A stretch of 64,000 nucleotides of DNA from an uncultured Actinomycetota bacterium (GTDB lineage: Bacteria; Actinomycetota; Actinomycetes; JAHEKZ01): positions 480,001-544,000 of the forward strand of contig CAVURN010000002.1 of NCBI GenBank assembly GCA_963743915.1. Reading direction: 5' to 3'. A program made the translations under genes and the position numbers. Shown piece by piece: positions 20,759 to 31,306 of the stretch (position 1 is the stretch's first letter; each line of letters starts with the position of its first letter). The notes under the pieces were generated by a model. That model ran no database searches, was not told the DNA's origin, and saw only the letters and a list, made by a program, of their open reading frames with translations.

Positions 20759-22170
20759 ATGGCGCGGCTGGCGCTCGTCTCGCGCAACCCGGTCATGTCC
20801 ATGGCATTGACCGCCACCGACGCACGACATCGTCGAGGTGCGTTCCTTCGATCTCGAGGAGTGGATCGAGTCCGGGGCCGATGCCGATGTCGACGCCCTG
20901 ATGCTCGATCTCGGCAGCCCCGAGCACCGCTCTTCGGCTGGTGGGCGACCTTCGGGCGCGGGGCCGCTGGGTTCCCGTCGTCCTGGTCACTGGGGCCGAC
21001 CCCGGCTGGTCCGATGAGGCCTTCGCTGTGATGCCGGGCGTAGACCTGCTCTCGCTCCCCTTGAGCTCGGAGAAGCTTCAGGCGGCCGCGGACGCCGTCC
21101 TGCGCCATCCCCGGACACCGCCTGCACCCCGAGCACCGGAGAGCGCCCCCGCCGAAGCACTCCCCGAGCCTGAGATCGTCCCCCCGACCGCGTTCGAGTC
21201 GGTGCGGGACGCGTCGCCCTTGCTCGAGGACGTCCCCGACCTCCCGGTCATCCCGGACCCGGACTTCCTCATCTCCGAGCCCGAGCCCGAGCCGGTCCCC
21301 GAGCCTGAGCCGAGCCGGTCCCCGAGCCTGAGCCGGAGCCGGTCCCCGAGCCTGAACCGGCACCGGTCCCCGAGCCCGAGCCGGTCCCCGAGCCCGAGCC
21401 GGTCCCCGAGCCCAAACCTGCGGCCGTGCCCGCCGGTACCCGCGCACACGCCCCGCGGCGACGCCGAAAGGTCGACACCACCGAAGCGACGTCGGCGGAC
21501 GATCTGGCGGCGGCACCGGTGGAGGTCCTCAAGGAGCCGCCGACGCTCCGCCTCGACCCCCGCTCACCTGCTGCGCCGGCCCGAAGTGCCCCCATCCCCC
21601 CGACGGCGCCACCGAAGTCACCGCCACCCAGGCGCCCGGAGGTCACAGCCCCTGGCGACGTCGTCCGACAGCTGCTCGACTGACGTCGACGGGTACTTCA
21701 CCCTCGAGGAGACTGCGACCGTCATCGTCGAGGACGCGGTGCTCCGGACCCATGCCGAGGCCGGTGCCTTGCTGGTCCCGGACGAGTCGCTGTGGCGCGT
21801 GGCCGGAGGCGTCGGGCTGCGACCGCTGGAGTTCCGACTGCAGCTGACCGAGGAGTCCTGGCTCATCGCCAACATCGCCAACGCCGGCAAAGGCGTCATC
21901 ATCGAGGACAGCGACGTGGCGCGTCACGACCTTCGAGGAGCCCCGCTGGCCAGCCGGACCCATCTGATGGCCGTGCCCGTCGCCGACGTCCGCGGGGTCC
22001 TTCTGCTGTCACGGGACCGGGCAGAGCCGTTCACCGAGGCATCCCTTGGGGCGTTGGCCGGTCTCGCCGAGGAGGCGGCTCCGCTGCTCCGACAAGCCGT
22101 GGACATCCGCACCCTCGCGAGGGCCCTTGCCCGCCATCTCGACCTCGAGGAGTACCTGCGGGCCGACTGA
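20759..22170 (+). CDS. atypical receiver domain, Pro/Glu linker and GAF-like domain protein (frameshifts)
   Basis: Restored N-terminus DALMLDLG...PVVLVTG...LSLPL; EPEPVP linker; C-terminal AGALLVP...LMAVPV...GVLLLSR. Confidence 0.65.
21272..21420 (+). repeat. degenerate 18-24 nt coding tandem repeat (EPEPVP)
   Basis: About six copies of gagcc(c/t)gagccggtcccc. Confidence 0.85.
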
Positions 22171-22177
22171 GCTGGCG

Positions 22178-23173
22178 CTACTCGACGAAGACCCGCTCGT
22201 CGACCAGCTGCTCACCCACCGGGGCGCCCTCGGTCTCGAAGCGACCTTGCTCGAAGCGCTTGCGGAACTCCAGATCCACGCGGTCGATGCCGGTGCGGTT
22301 CTTCTCGATGGTGATCACGGCATAGTCACGGAAGCGCTCGGCATTGCCCACGTCGAACACCAGGTGGTGCCGCGCCACGACGTCGTACTTGTCGTTGATG
22401 ACCAGCACCACGTCCGCCTCGTAGGCGAGAGCTGCGGCTCCGCGCAGGTGGTGCACCCGCATGCGCCGACCGCTCGCGATGCCCTCCTTGTCGGACGCCA
22501 CGACCGCGAACATCGCCACCTCGCGCTCGAGGGCGAGGTCCTTCAGCCCCTGGGCCACCGTCGTGATGCGGTCCTCCTCAGAGAGGTGGTGCTCGAGCAC
22601 CGGCACCTTCTGCAGGTAGTCGACGACGACGACCGGCGCGGTCCCGGTCTCGGTGATCACCTGGTCGACCAGGCTGCGAATCGCCCGGAGATCGGTGACA
22701 CCGCCGCTGGCCCGGTGGATGTGCAGCCGGTTCGCGTACCGCGAGACGGCATCGACGGCCTCGGCCCCACCGGGGGTGTTCGTCAGACGGTCCACGAGCC
22801 CGCCCGAGTGCCCGTCGAGGCTCTCCATGGCCTCGCGGATGCGCCTCAGCGGCACGGCGTCGATGCCGTAGCGCGAGGCAGCCTCGATGGAGATGAACCG
22901 CTCGAGGACGGTCGCCGGGTCGTGCTCGAAGGAGAAGTAGATGCCGGTGCCGCCGCTGACCACGACGTTCCGCAGGATCTGCAGCGCCATGGTGGTCTTG
23001 CCGAGGCCCTGGGGGCCACCGAGCAGGGTGAGCTCGCCGGCGCGCAGTCCCCCGCTCAGGTAGGTGTCAAGCGGGTGGAACCCGGTTGGCGTCACTCTCG
23101 CGGCGGCGGACAGTCCAGCCTCGAGGCGGCGGTCGGTCGCCGCGAGGACATCGTCCGAGGGAATAGAGCTCAT
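22178..23173 (-). CDS. stand-alone DnaB-like C-terminal (RecA-fold) ATPase
   Basis: PTGFHPLD, GPQGLGKT, FSFE, VVVDYLQ, LKDLA, EADVV, EKNRTG; no DnaB N-terminal domain. Confidence 0.85.
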   Translation of the reverse strand: MSSIPSDDVLAATDRRLEAGLSAAARVTPTGFHPLDTYLSGGLRAGELTLLGGPQGLGKTTMALQILRNVVVSGGTGIYFSFEHDPATVLERFISIEAASRYGIDAVPLRRIREAMESLDGHSGGLVDRLTNTPGGAEAVDAVSRYANRLHIHRASGGVTDLRAIRSLVDQVITETGTAPVVVVDYLQKVPVLEHHLSEEDRITTVAQGLKDLALEREVAMFAVVASDKEGIASGRRMRVHHLRGAAALAYEADVVLVINDKYDVVARHHLVFDVGNAERFRDYAVITIEKNRTGIDRVDLEFRKRFEQGRFETEGAPVGEQLVDERVFVE

Positions 23174-23299
23174 CAGACATGCTCAGCATTGGAGCACAGC
23201 GGAGGGCCCCTTGGTGGTTTCTTGACGAGATCTCCACCAGTTCGGACGAACCGGGCGATGCGGTCACCCCTCCCGGCCCGGGTGCGCCATCCTTGACCC

Positions 23300-24915
23300 G
23301 TGACGCGCGACCGCCGCCTGGGACAGCTCGACTACATGCGCGTCGAGATCGGTGCCCGGGTCACCGCCCTGGTGCTCGTCTTCATGGTGTCCGCCGTCAC
23401 CGGCGGCCTCGAGGGCCGGCCCTGGCAGCTGCTGCTCCTCGTACCGCTCGCCGTCGTCGCCGTGCTGCCGGTGGACAACGCCTCTCTGCGGCGATGGCGA
23501 CCGCTCGCCGAGGCCTGTCGTCGCCGCGCTGCTCGTGGCTGCCTCCGACCCCTACGAGCCTGCCCTGCTGCCGTACCTGGTCGTCCCCAGCCTCTCCGCG
23601 GGGCTGATCGGAGGATGGTCGCTGGCCGTCATCACGTCGGGCGCGACCGGGCTCGTCCTCATGAGCCGGGGCCTGGTGATCCCCGACGGTCTGGCGGGGA
23701 CCGAGTACCTGGTCGACATCACCCAGTGGACCCTGTTGGCCCTCGCCTTCGGGCTGCTTGCCGCGTGGCTGCGGCGCGTGCAGACTCCACGTCCGAACGA
23801 TGACCAGAGCTACCTCGAGGCCACGCGGTTGCTGATCCAGCTGCGCGACGTCTCCCGCGAGCTCTCCGGAGGCCTGGACGCCATCTCGATCGCGGGGGGC
23901 TCCTGGACCGCCTCCACAAGGATGTCGGTGCTGATCGAGGCTGGGTCTTCGGCTACCACGAGGGTGGGGTGCCCGTGATGCTGGCGGCCTGGCCGCCCGG
24001 CGAGGCCGCCATCGACCCCGACCTCGACGCACGGACGGTCTGGACCCGTGCCGTTGCACAGCGGCGTGGCGCAGAGCGCCTCACGCGGCTTCACCGCCGA
24101 CCCCAGCATGTCGGCCGTCGTGGCTCCCCTCCGCGTCCAGGACACGACCGTGGGCCTGGTGGCGCTGGAGCGCCGAGGACGTGGCTGGGACGAGCCGTCC
24201 ATGGTCCAGCTGCAGAGGCTCGCCGATGTCGATGCCGTGCGGATCGACGCGTCCCTGCTCTTCGACGAGGTACGGAGCCTGGCCGCCACCGAGGAACGCC
24301 AGCGTGTGGCACGCGAGATCCACGACGGCATCGCACAGGAGGTCGCCTCCCTCGGCTACCTGATCGACGACCTGACGGCCAGGGCTGCGCCTGACGCCAA
24401 GCCACAGCTCCAGCAGCTCCGGGCGGAGCTCACGCGGATCGTCACCGAGCTCCGCTTCTCGATCTTCGACCTGCGACGCGAGATCGGCCCGGGCGTGAGC
24501 CTGACGTCGGCCCTCGCCGAGCACGCCCGGCACGTCGGTGCGACCTCGGGCATCACCGTGCACCTCGAGCTGTCCGAGGCTCCACGTCGCCTGCGCAGTA
24601 CATGTGGAGTCCGAGCTGTTCCGGATCGCCCAGGAGGCCATCGCCAACGCCCGCAAGCACGCCCGGGCTCAGAACCTCTGGGTCACCTGCCTGGTGGACG
24701 CCCCTGATGTGTACCTTCGCATCGAGGACGACGGTCGAGGGATTGTTCCCGGCCGAGAGGACAGCTTCGGGATGGCCATCATGTCCGAGCGCGCACAGCG
24801 CGCGTCCTGCGTGTTGAGCGTCTCTGGCCGGCCGGGCGGAGGCACCTCGGTGGTCGTCCAGCACGCCGGGGCGGAGGGGGTGGTGGCGCATGACGATTCG
24901 CGTGCTGCTCGTTGA
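23300..24915 (+). CDS. membrane sensor histidine kinase with GAF and HisKA_3 domains (frameshifts)
   Basis: TM region, EERQRVAREIHDGIAQ, QEAIANARKH, EDDGRG, GGGT. Confidence 0.85.
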
Positions 24916-25531
24916 CGACCATCAGCTGATCCGAGAGGGCCTCGGTCGGGCCTTCGACCGGGCCGGAGACTTCGAGGTGGTGGGCGAGGCCAGCTCGGTG
25001 GCCGAAGCGGGAGAGCTTCTCGCCAGCCTGGAGCCGGACGTCGTCATCTTCGACGTCCGGCTCCCGGACGGCAGCGGACTCGACGCGGTGAAGGCTGCTC
25101 GGGCGGCGAACGCCGACCTCGGGATCGTCGTCCTCACGATGTACGCCGGTGACGACCAGCTCTTCGGTGCCCTCGACGCCGGCGCCTCGGCCTTCGTGCC
25201 GAAGGACGCGCCCGCCGAGGACGTCGTCATCGCCGCCCGGCACGCGGCTCGTTCGCCCCGCTCCTTCACCGCCCCGGACCTCGCCGATGCCATGCGCCGG
25301 CGGATGTCACCCTCCGGCCCTCAGCTCTCGCCCCGGGAGAAGGAGGTGCTCGACCTGCTGGCCGAGGGGCTCGGCGTCGCGCAGATCTCGCGTCGGCTCT
25401 TCATCAGCGACTCGACGACCAAGACCCACATCTCCAAGCTCTACGAGAAGCTCGGGGCGGGAAACCGGGCCCAGGCGATCATGGCGGCGCTCAAGCAGGG
25501 GCTCATCGAGCCGCCCGAGGTCGATCGCTGA
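24890..25531 (+). CDS. NarL/LuxR-family response regulator
   Basis: VDDH, FDVRLPD, LT, FVPK; HTH LSPREKEVL...TKTH. Confidence 0.92.
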   Translation: MTIRVLLVDDHQLIREGLGRAFDRAGDFEVVGEASSVAEAGELLASLEPDVVIFDVRLPDGSGLDAVKAARAANADLGIVVLTMYAGDDQLFGALDAGASAFVPKDAPAEDVVIAARHAARSPRSFTAPDLADAMRRRMSPSGPQLSPREKEVLDLLAEGLGVAQISRRLFISDSTTKTHISKLYEKLGAGNRAQAIMAALKQGLIEPPEVDR

Positions 25532-25587
25532 GGGGCGGGCGAAAGCGCTCCGTAGCCGAAAGTTACGGCGTATCACCCATTTGGGGG

Positions 25588-25628
25588 TCATCCGAACGTC
25601 CAGGGTTTGCCGAACTGGCAGCCGATAC
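25588..25628 (+). promoter_or_regulatory. possible tandem sigma-28-type promoters for flp
   Basis: GCCGAACT (25609) and GCCGATAC (25621) with weak -35 elements (TCATC, CCAGG) 16 nt upstream. Confidence 0.45.
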
Positions 25629-25741
25629 CTCCGAGCGTGCCTCACCCTCATCCTTGTCGGACCGGGGCCTGAAGGGGGGCCCGGACGAACCGAGTAGCTC
25701 GGGGACTACGGCACTTCAAAGGCCACGGAAGGAACATCCAC

Positions 25742-25979
25742 ATGATTCGCTTTGTCCGCCAGATCCAGACCCGCAACACCGACGAGGGCGCCTCCGCCGT
25801 TGAGTACGGCCTCCTCGTCGCCGCCATCGCGGCCATCATCGTCCTGCTCGTCTTCGCGGTCGGCAAGTTCGTCAAGGGCGGCTTCCAGGAGACCTGTGAC
25901 GGCATCGAAGACGAGGCGGCACGGCACCAGCGGCATCGGCGACGCCTGCTCGACCGTGCAGCCCGATCACGATCAGTGA
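25742..25979 (+). CDS. flp: Flp major pilin (3' end uncertain)
   Basis: DEG/ASAVEYGLLVAAIAAIIV...FQETC; RBS GGAAGGAA. Confidence 0.88.
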
Positions 25980-26030
25980 AGCGGGGTGAGCCGGCGACGA
26001 GCCGGTCCACCCGCTTCATCGTCATGAGAG

Positions 26031-26296
26031 GTGTCTGCGGTGGAGACGGCTCGATCGCAGCATGCGACCATCGTGATCGCGATCGAGGGCGCCTCAGCAG
26101 TCGAGTACGGGCCTCGATCGTCGGCGGCCATCGCCGCGGTGATCATCGTGACGGTCGTCTTCGCCATCGGCGACTCACGTCGACAGGGCATGTTCCAGCG
26201 AGCACCTGCGACAGAGATCGACGCGGAGCACAGGACCAGCCCGCGACCTGCTCGAGGTCTGACCACGCCACGCCTGTCGGCCACGAGCTGCCCTAG
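26031..26296 (+). CDS. flp: second Flp pilin paralog, heavily indel-disrupted; ends uncertain
   Basis: EG/ASAVEYG...AAIAAVIIVTVVFAIG...GMFQ. Confidence 0.65.
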
Positions 26297-27425
26297 CCCA
26301 ACAAGCCCCCGCAGCCGCTCCACCTGCTGCTCCCACGACCACTCCTGCTGCACCCACTCGCGTCCGGCCTCACCCGTCCGTCGGCGCAGCTCGTCGTCCT
26401 CCAGCACGGTGACCAGCCGGTCGACGACCTCCGCCGCCGCACCTGGCCCGGCCGGGACCACCCAGCCCGTCTCCCCCGGCCGCACGGCATCGGGGGCGCC
26501 ACCGGAGTCGCCGGCCACCACCGGCAGACCCGTGGCGGACGCCTCGAGGTACACGATCCCGAGCCCCTCGACGTCCAGGCCCCGTCGTCGCGTGCGGCAC
26601 GGCATCGCGAAGACGTCGCCAGCCGCGTAGTGCGCCGGAAGCTCGGCCCACGGCACAGATCCGGTCAGCACGATGTCGTCGCCCCAGCTGGACGCCGCCG
26701 CCATCTCCTGCAGCTTCTTGCGGTAGGGCCCGCCGCCCACCAGCAGCAGCGCGGCGTCCGGAACCCGCCGCTTCAGCGCAGGGAACGCGCTGATCAGCGT
26801 GTCCTGGCCCTTGCGCGCATGAGGCGCGACACGCACACCACCACCGGCCGCTCCCCCAGCCCGTAGCGCGCGCGGATCGGACTGCGCCGTCGGCGTCGGG
26901 TCGAAACAGCTCCGCATCCACGCCGGGCGTGAGCCGCACCATCCGGGCCGCGGCCGCAGGCGTGAGCGCCGGCCCGATCCGACGCCTGGTGTACTCGCCG
27001 AGGTAGGTGACCACGTCGACGCCGTCGCCGATCCGCCGCAGCATCTGCCTGGCGGCGGGCAGCTGCGCCCAGCCGGCCTCGTGACCGTGGGTGAGTGCGA
27101 CGATCCGGGACGCCCCCGCGTCCCGCAGCGCCGGTCCGAGCAGGCCCAGCGGCGCGGCGGCGCCGAACAGCACGGCGTCGCAGCCGCGCGACCGAAGCAG
27201 CTCCTGGGCCCGGCGTCGGACGCGCGGGGTCGGCAGCAGGACGGACGTGTCCTCGCGCACGACCTCGAAGGGCTGCTCGCGATCGAACTCCTCCCACCCC
27301 TTCCACCGGGAGGCATAGACCACCACGTCGGCCGGATCGAACCGCCGCAGCAGCTCGTGGACGAACGTCTGGATGCCGCCGGGACGAGGGGGGAAGTCGT
27401 TCGTGACGACGAGCACCCGCGTCAT
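26293..27425 (-). CDS. GT4 glycosyltransferase, PimB'-like (frameshifts)
   Basis: TNDFPPRPGGIQ, THGHE, KGQD, EGLGIVYLEA; position next to the NlpC/P60 gene. Confidence 0.88.
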
Positions 27426-28722
27426 CGGCTGTCCTCCGGCGCCAGCGGTGCCGGGACGGCGGTGCCGTTCTCTGCCGCCCACGCGCGGGCCGTGGCCAAC
27501 CGCGCCGCTGCCGTCGGATGCGTTCCGAACCACCGGTACACCCAGGGGTTCGGCGTCACGTCCGACTTGGACGCCAGCGCCAGGCGTCGCTGCATCTCGG
27601 CGAACGACTGCGGGTCGGCCGTCAGGTCGAGGGCGTGCACGTCCGCGCGCGCTTCGACCTGACGGCTGGCGGCGCTCTGCATCGGGGTCGACACGAACGA
27701 CACCACCGCGACGAAGGCGAGCAGGAAGGCGATCACCCGCCCGTCTCCGACCCCGTCGGCACCGGTCAGGCGCTCGAGCGGCAGCCAACCGGCCAACAGG
27801 AACAGCAGCACGATCGCGAACGCCGCCCCCAGGGCCCCGATCGCGGTGCCGCCCCAGACGTCGCGCTCCTTGACGTGGCCGAGCTCGTGCGCGACCACCG
27901 ACTCGACCTCGGATGCGGGCGCCTGGTCGAGCAGGGTGTCGTACACGACGATCCGGCGGCTGCTGCCGAATCCGGACACGTAGGCGTTCAAGGTGGTCGT
28001 GCGTCGACTCGCGTCCGCGACGAGCACGTCGTCCACCGGGACGCCGTCGCGCTCGGCCAGCGCCATCAGGCTCGTGCGCAGCTCCCCGTCCGGCATCGGG
28101 GTGAACTTGTTGAACAGCGGCTCGACCACCAGCGGGTAGGCGAACGAGACGGCCACGACCAGGACGGCGGCACCGGCGGCGCCGGCCGCCCACCACCAGT
28201 CCGGCCAGCGTCGCGCCAGGCCCACCAGCGCCGCGAGCGCCAGCAGGGTCAGCACCGCGCCGACCCCGAAGCCCTTGGCGACGTCGAGCAGCCACGACGC
28301 CCCAGGTGCGCGTCGACAGGCCCTCGTCGCGTCGCACCGACTCCGCCCACGCGCCGAACGGCAGCGTGACCAGGCGGACGACCAGGAGCAGCACCAGGCC
28401 ACCGAGGGTGACCTGCCAGAACCATCCACCGCCCAGCGGCTTGGCGACGGCGGCCGACGAGCCGCGCACCCCACGGCGTCAGTCCCAGGGCGACGGTGAG
28501 CGCCAGACCGACGCCGAGCGAGGTGAGTCCCGGCACCAGCAGCAGGCGCGCCAGCCGGTCGCCGACCGCGATCTCGCCGGCGGTGAAGTCGCCTGCCACG
28601 TCCGGCGTCACGCTGCCCGTGGCGTCGTGGGCAGCCCCCCACGGGATGAGCGCCCAGAAGGTCACCACCAGCGCGACCCCGAGCAGCACGAGGGCTCCGA
28701 GCGCGGCGCCCCGCGGCGTCAC
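27422..28722 (-). CDS. M48 (Ste24-like) membrane metallopeptidase (frameshifts)
   Basis: NAYVSG, HELGH, EARAD, THP. Confidence 0.85.
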
Positions 28723-29937
28723 GCGGCCGCTCGCAGCCATTCCTGCCACTGACGCAGCAGCGTGCCGGCGTCGGTGTCCAGCACCCGGGCGGCTGCTCGG
28801 TCGAGCCGCTCGTCGGCCGAGCCGGACCCCCTCGCCACCGCGGCGTAGAACGGCACGAGCGTGTCCTCGCCGTACCGGTCGGCGACCATGCGGCAGAACG
28901 ACCAGCCCTGCTGATAGGCGATCGCGCGTGATTCGGCGGACCCGTCGAGGGCGAAGGCCGCGTCGGTCGGCCAGGACGTCGGGGGTCCGGACGCGCGGAC
29001 GTCCGCCAGCAGCTCGCGGCCGATCCACGCATCGCTGAATCCGGTGCCCCGGTAGCCGACGTACTCGGCGATGCCCTCGACCAGCCACACCGGCACTTCC
29101 CCGCGCGGCAGCGCGTCCTGGGCGACGTGGGTGATCTCATGGCGCGCCACGATCTCGCGGGCGAGCTCAGGCATCTGGTCGTACACCTCGGGGTTGAACA
29201 TCACCCGGATCACCGTGCCGTGCTTGGCGGCTCGCCACAGCGTCACGGCGACCTGCTCGCTGCCGTCGCGCGTCTCGACGAGCGGGTCGAGCAGCCGGGG
29301 GCTCGAGGGGAGCACCACCACCACGGTCCCGGGCCACGGAGCGGACCAGAAGTCCGCCACCTCTGCCCGCGCCCGCTCAGCGGCGTCGGCGAGCGGCTGC
29401 AGGCGGGCATCACCGCGACGACCCAGCACCAGCACCTCGCCGGCGCGGGCGGCGTCCACCGGCTCGTGGTCCCAGAGATCCTGACCGGACCCGGTCAGCG
29501 CCACCAGCTGCGGCCCTCGGGGCGTCAGCCGGAAGGTCGCGCGCGCCGTGCGACCGACGAGCACGTCGTCCACCGCCAGCCGGTACTCGACGACGGCGCG
29601 GGCGGTGAACCGGCCGCTGGCCACCTTCTCGGCGGTCGGACGACTGGTCTCGGCGAGCCGGACGCGGAAGCTGCGGAACGGCACGCCGGCCAAGGCGTCC
29701 TGCCCACCCCCGAGCAACGAGGCACCTCGGGTGCGGAGCTGCTCATGGGCGAAGGCGGCCGTCAGCTGCTCGACCGCGGTGCGCTCGCCTGCCGCGAGCC
29801 GGTCAGCGAACCACCCGGTGGCGGCGGGCGCAGGATCGCTGTCGCGTCGGTCGCCGAGGGCGAAACCAGCGGCCCCACCGGCCAGCAGGGCCATGCGCCA
29901 CCACCGCGGCGAGGGCGATCAGCGGGCGACGGGTCAC
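28719..29937 (-). CDS. secreted zincin-like protein (Rv2189c-like)
   Basis: Signal-like N-terminus, HEITH, PVWLVEGIAEY. Confidence 0.72.
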
Positions 29938-30013
29938 GCGTCGATGGTAGGCACTGGGCCCACCCGACAGCGCGCCGACCAGGGGCGATCCCCCGTCTGC
30001 GCGCCGTGCTGGG

Positions 30014-31063
30014 TCAGACCCGACCGGCGCCCATGTAGACCGACTGCCAGTAGCTGCTGAACAGTCCCTCCATCACGACGCCGTCACCCGGGTTGGCCGC
30101 GTGCACGAACATGCCACCGCCGACGTAGATGCCGACGTGGTGCAGGTCGCTGTAGAAGAAGACGAGGTCGCCGGGGATCAGGCTGCCCGAGTCGACGCGG
30201 CTGGTGGCCGCGTACTGACCGCTGGCGGCGTGCGGCAGGTAGACGCCGACCTGCCCCCAGGCGGCCATGGTGAGCCCGGAGCAGTCGAACGCGCTCGGAC
30301 CAGCGGCCCCGAACACGTAGGGCTTGCCGACCTGGGCCCGGGCGAAGTTGGCCGCGGTGACGCCGCGGCCGCTGCCGGAGGTGCTGGTGATCGCCGGGGC
30401 CGCGGTTGTAGTTGCGGGCGGTCGCGGCGGCGGCGTCGGCTCGTTCGGCCTGCAGCTCGGCCAGCCGCTCGCGCTCCTCGCGCTTGAGGCGGGAGAGCAG
30501 CTCCTCGGCCTCGGCCAGCTTGGCGTCGGCGCTGGTCCTTCTCCTTCTGCGGCCTCGGCCTCGAGCTCACGGAGACGGGCGAGCTCCTGGTCGGCCCGCA
30601 CCTTGGCCTGCTCGAGGGCAAGGGCCGCGGTCTCGGCGCGACGGAGGTCGGCGTCCTGGCTGCGCATCACCTGGTCGAGCGACTGCGCCTGCAGCAGGAA
30701 GTCCTGGGGCTCGGTCGAGAACATCATCTGCATCGACGGGTCGATCCCACCGCTGGCGTACATGTCGGCGGCGACGTCGGCGATCACCTGGTGGAGCTTC
30801 TCGAAGTCACGCTCCTGCCGGACGATGTCGTCGCGGATCCGCTCGAGGCGGGCGCGGGCGTCGTCGACCTCGAGGGCGATGGTGTGGGCCCGCTCGGTGG
30901 CGGCCTCCGCCTCTTCGTAGAGGGCGTCGACCCGCTGCTGCACCTCTTCGATGCTGAGGTCGGGATCGGCGGTCCCCGTACCGGGGACCAACGCGATGGC
31001 GGTGATGCTGAGAACGGCTGTTGCGAGCAGGCTGCCTGCGCGCGTCAATCGGCGGGTCGCCAT
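30014..31063 (-). CDS. NlpC/P60 (C40) peptidoglycan endopeptidase with coiled coil, RipC-like (internal frameshifts)
   Basis: Signal peptide, GKPYVFGAAGPSAFDCSG, GDLVF, HHVGIY. Confidence 0.9.
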   Translation of the reverse strand: MATRRLTRAGSLLATAVLSITAIALVPGTGTADPDLSIEEVQQRVDALYEEAEAATERAHTIALEVDDARARLERIRDDIVRQERDFEKLHQVIADVAADMYASGGIDPSMQMMFSTEPQDFLLQAQSLDQVMRSQDADLRRAETAALALEQAKVRADQELARLRELEAEAAEGEGPAPTPSWPRPRSCSPASSARSASGWPSCRPNEPTPPPRPPATTTAAPAITSTSGSGRGVTAANFARAQVGKPYVFGAAGPSAFDCSGLTMAAWGQVGVYLPHAASGQYAATSRVDSGSLIPGDLVFFYSDLHHVGIYVGGGMFVHAANPGDGVVMEGLFSSYWQSVYMGAGRV

Positions 31064-31084
31064 TAAGGCGGCTCTCCTCTTCCT

Positions 31085-31237
31085 CGTCCGTCTACCGGGT
31101 GAGCTGACGGGCTCGGGCGGGGAAGGCGCCCTACGGCACCGGTAGGTGCCGATTCGCCCCGGGGACTTGGTTCCCCGGCTCCAGCGCTACGGCTCCTCCC
31201 CCGAATGGGGAGCTGCACCGCTGAACTCGACGGGAGC
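31085..31237 (-). ncRNA. c-di-AMP (ydaO/yuaA) riboswitch
   Basis: Minus strand reads CCCGTCGAGTTC...GGAGCCGGGGAACCAA...GGGGCGAATC...GTAGGGC...CCCGAGCCCGTCAGCTCACCCGGTAG, upstream of a cell-wall hydrolase. Confidence 0.88.
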
Positions 31238-31306
31238 CCACGTCGACGTCGGGTACGGCGATGGCCGTGAGCTCACCGAGCACCCTAGTAACGGAACGGC
31301 AACGGA

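Noticed and set aside
22178-23173. Prophage, plasmid or replicative DnaB
   Set aside because: No integrase, primase or structural genes; N-terminal domain absent
23195-23297. sigma-28 promoters for the DnaB-like gene
   Set aside because: Two TCAAG boxes exist on the minus strand, but the paired -10 boxes (TCCGCT, GCCGGG) match poorly
25535-25741. c-di-GMP riboswitch upstream of flp
   Set aside because: GAAA hairpins are present but the GGCAAACC and GACGCAAAGC core motifs are not
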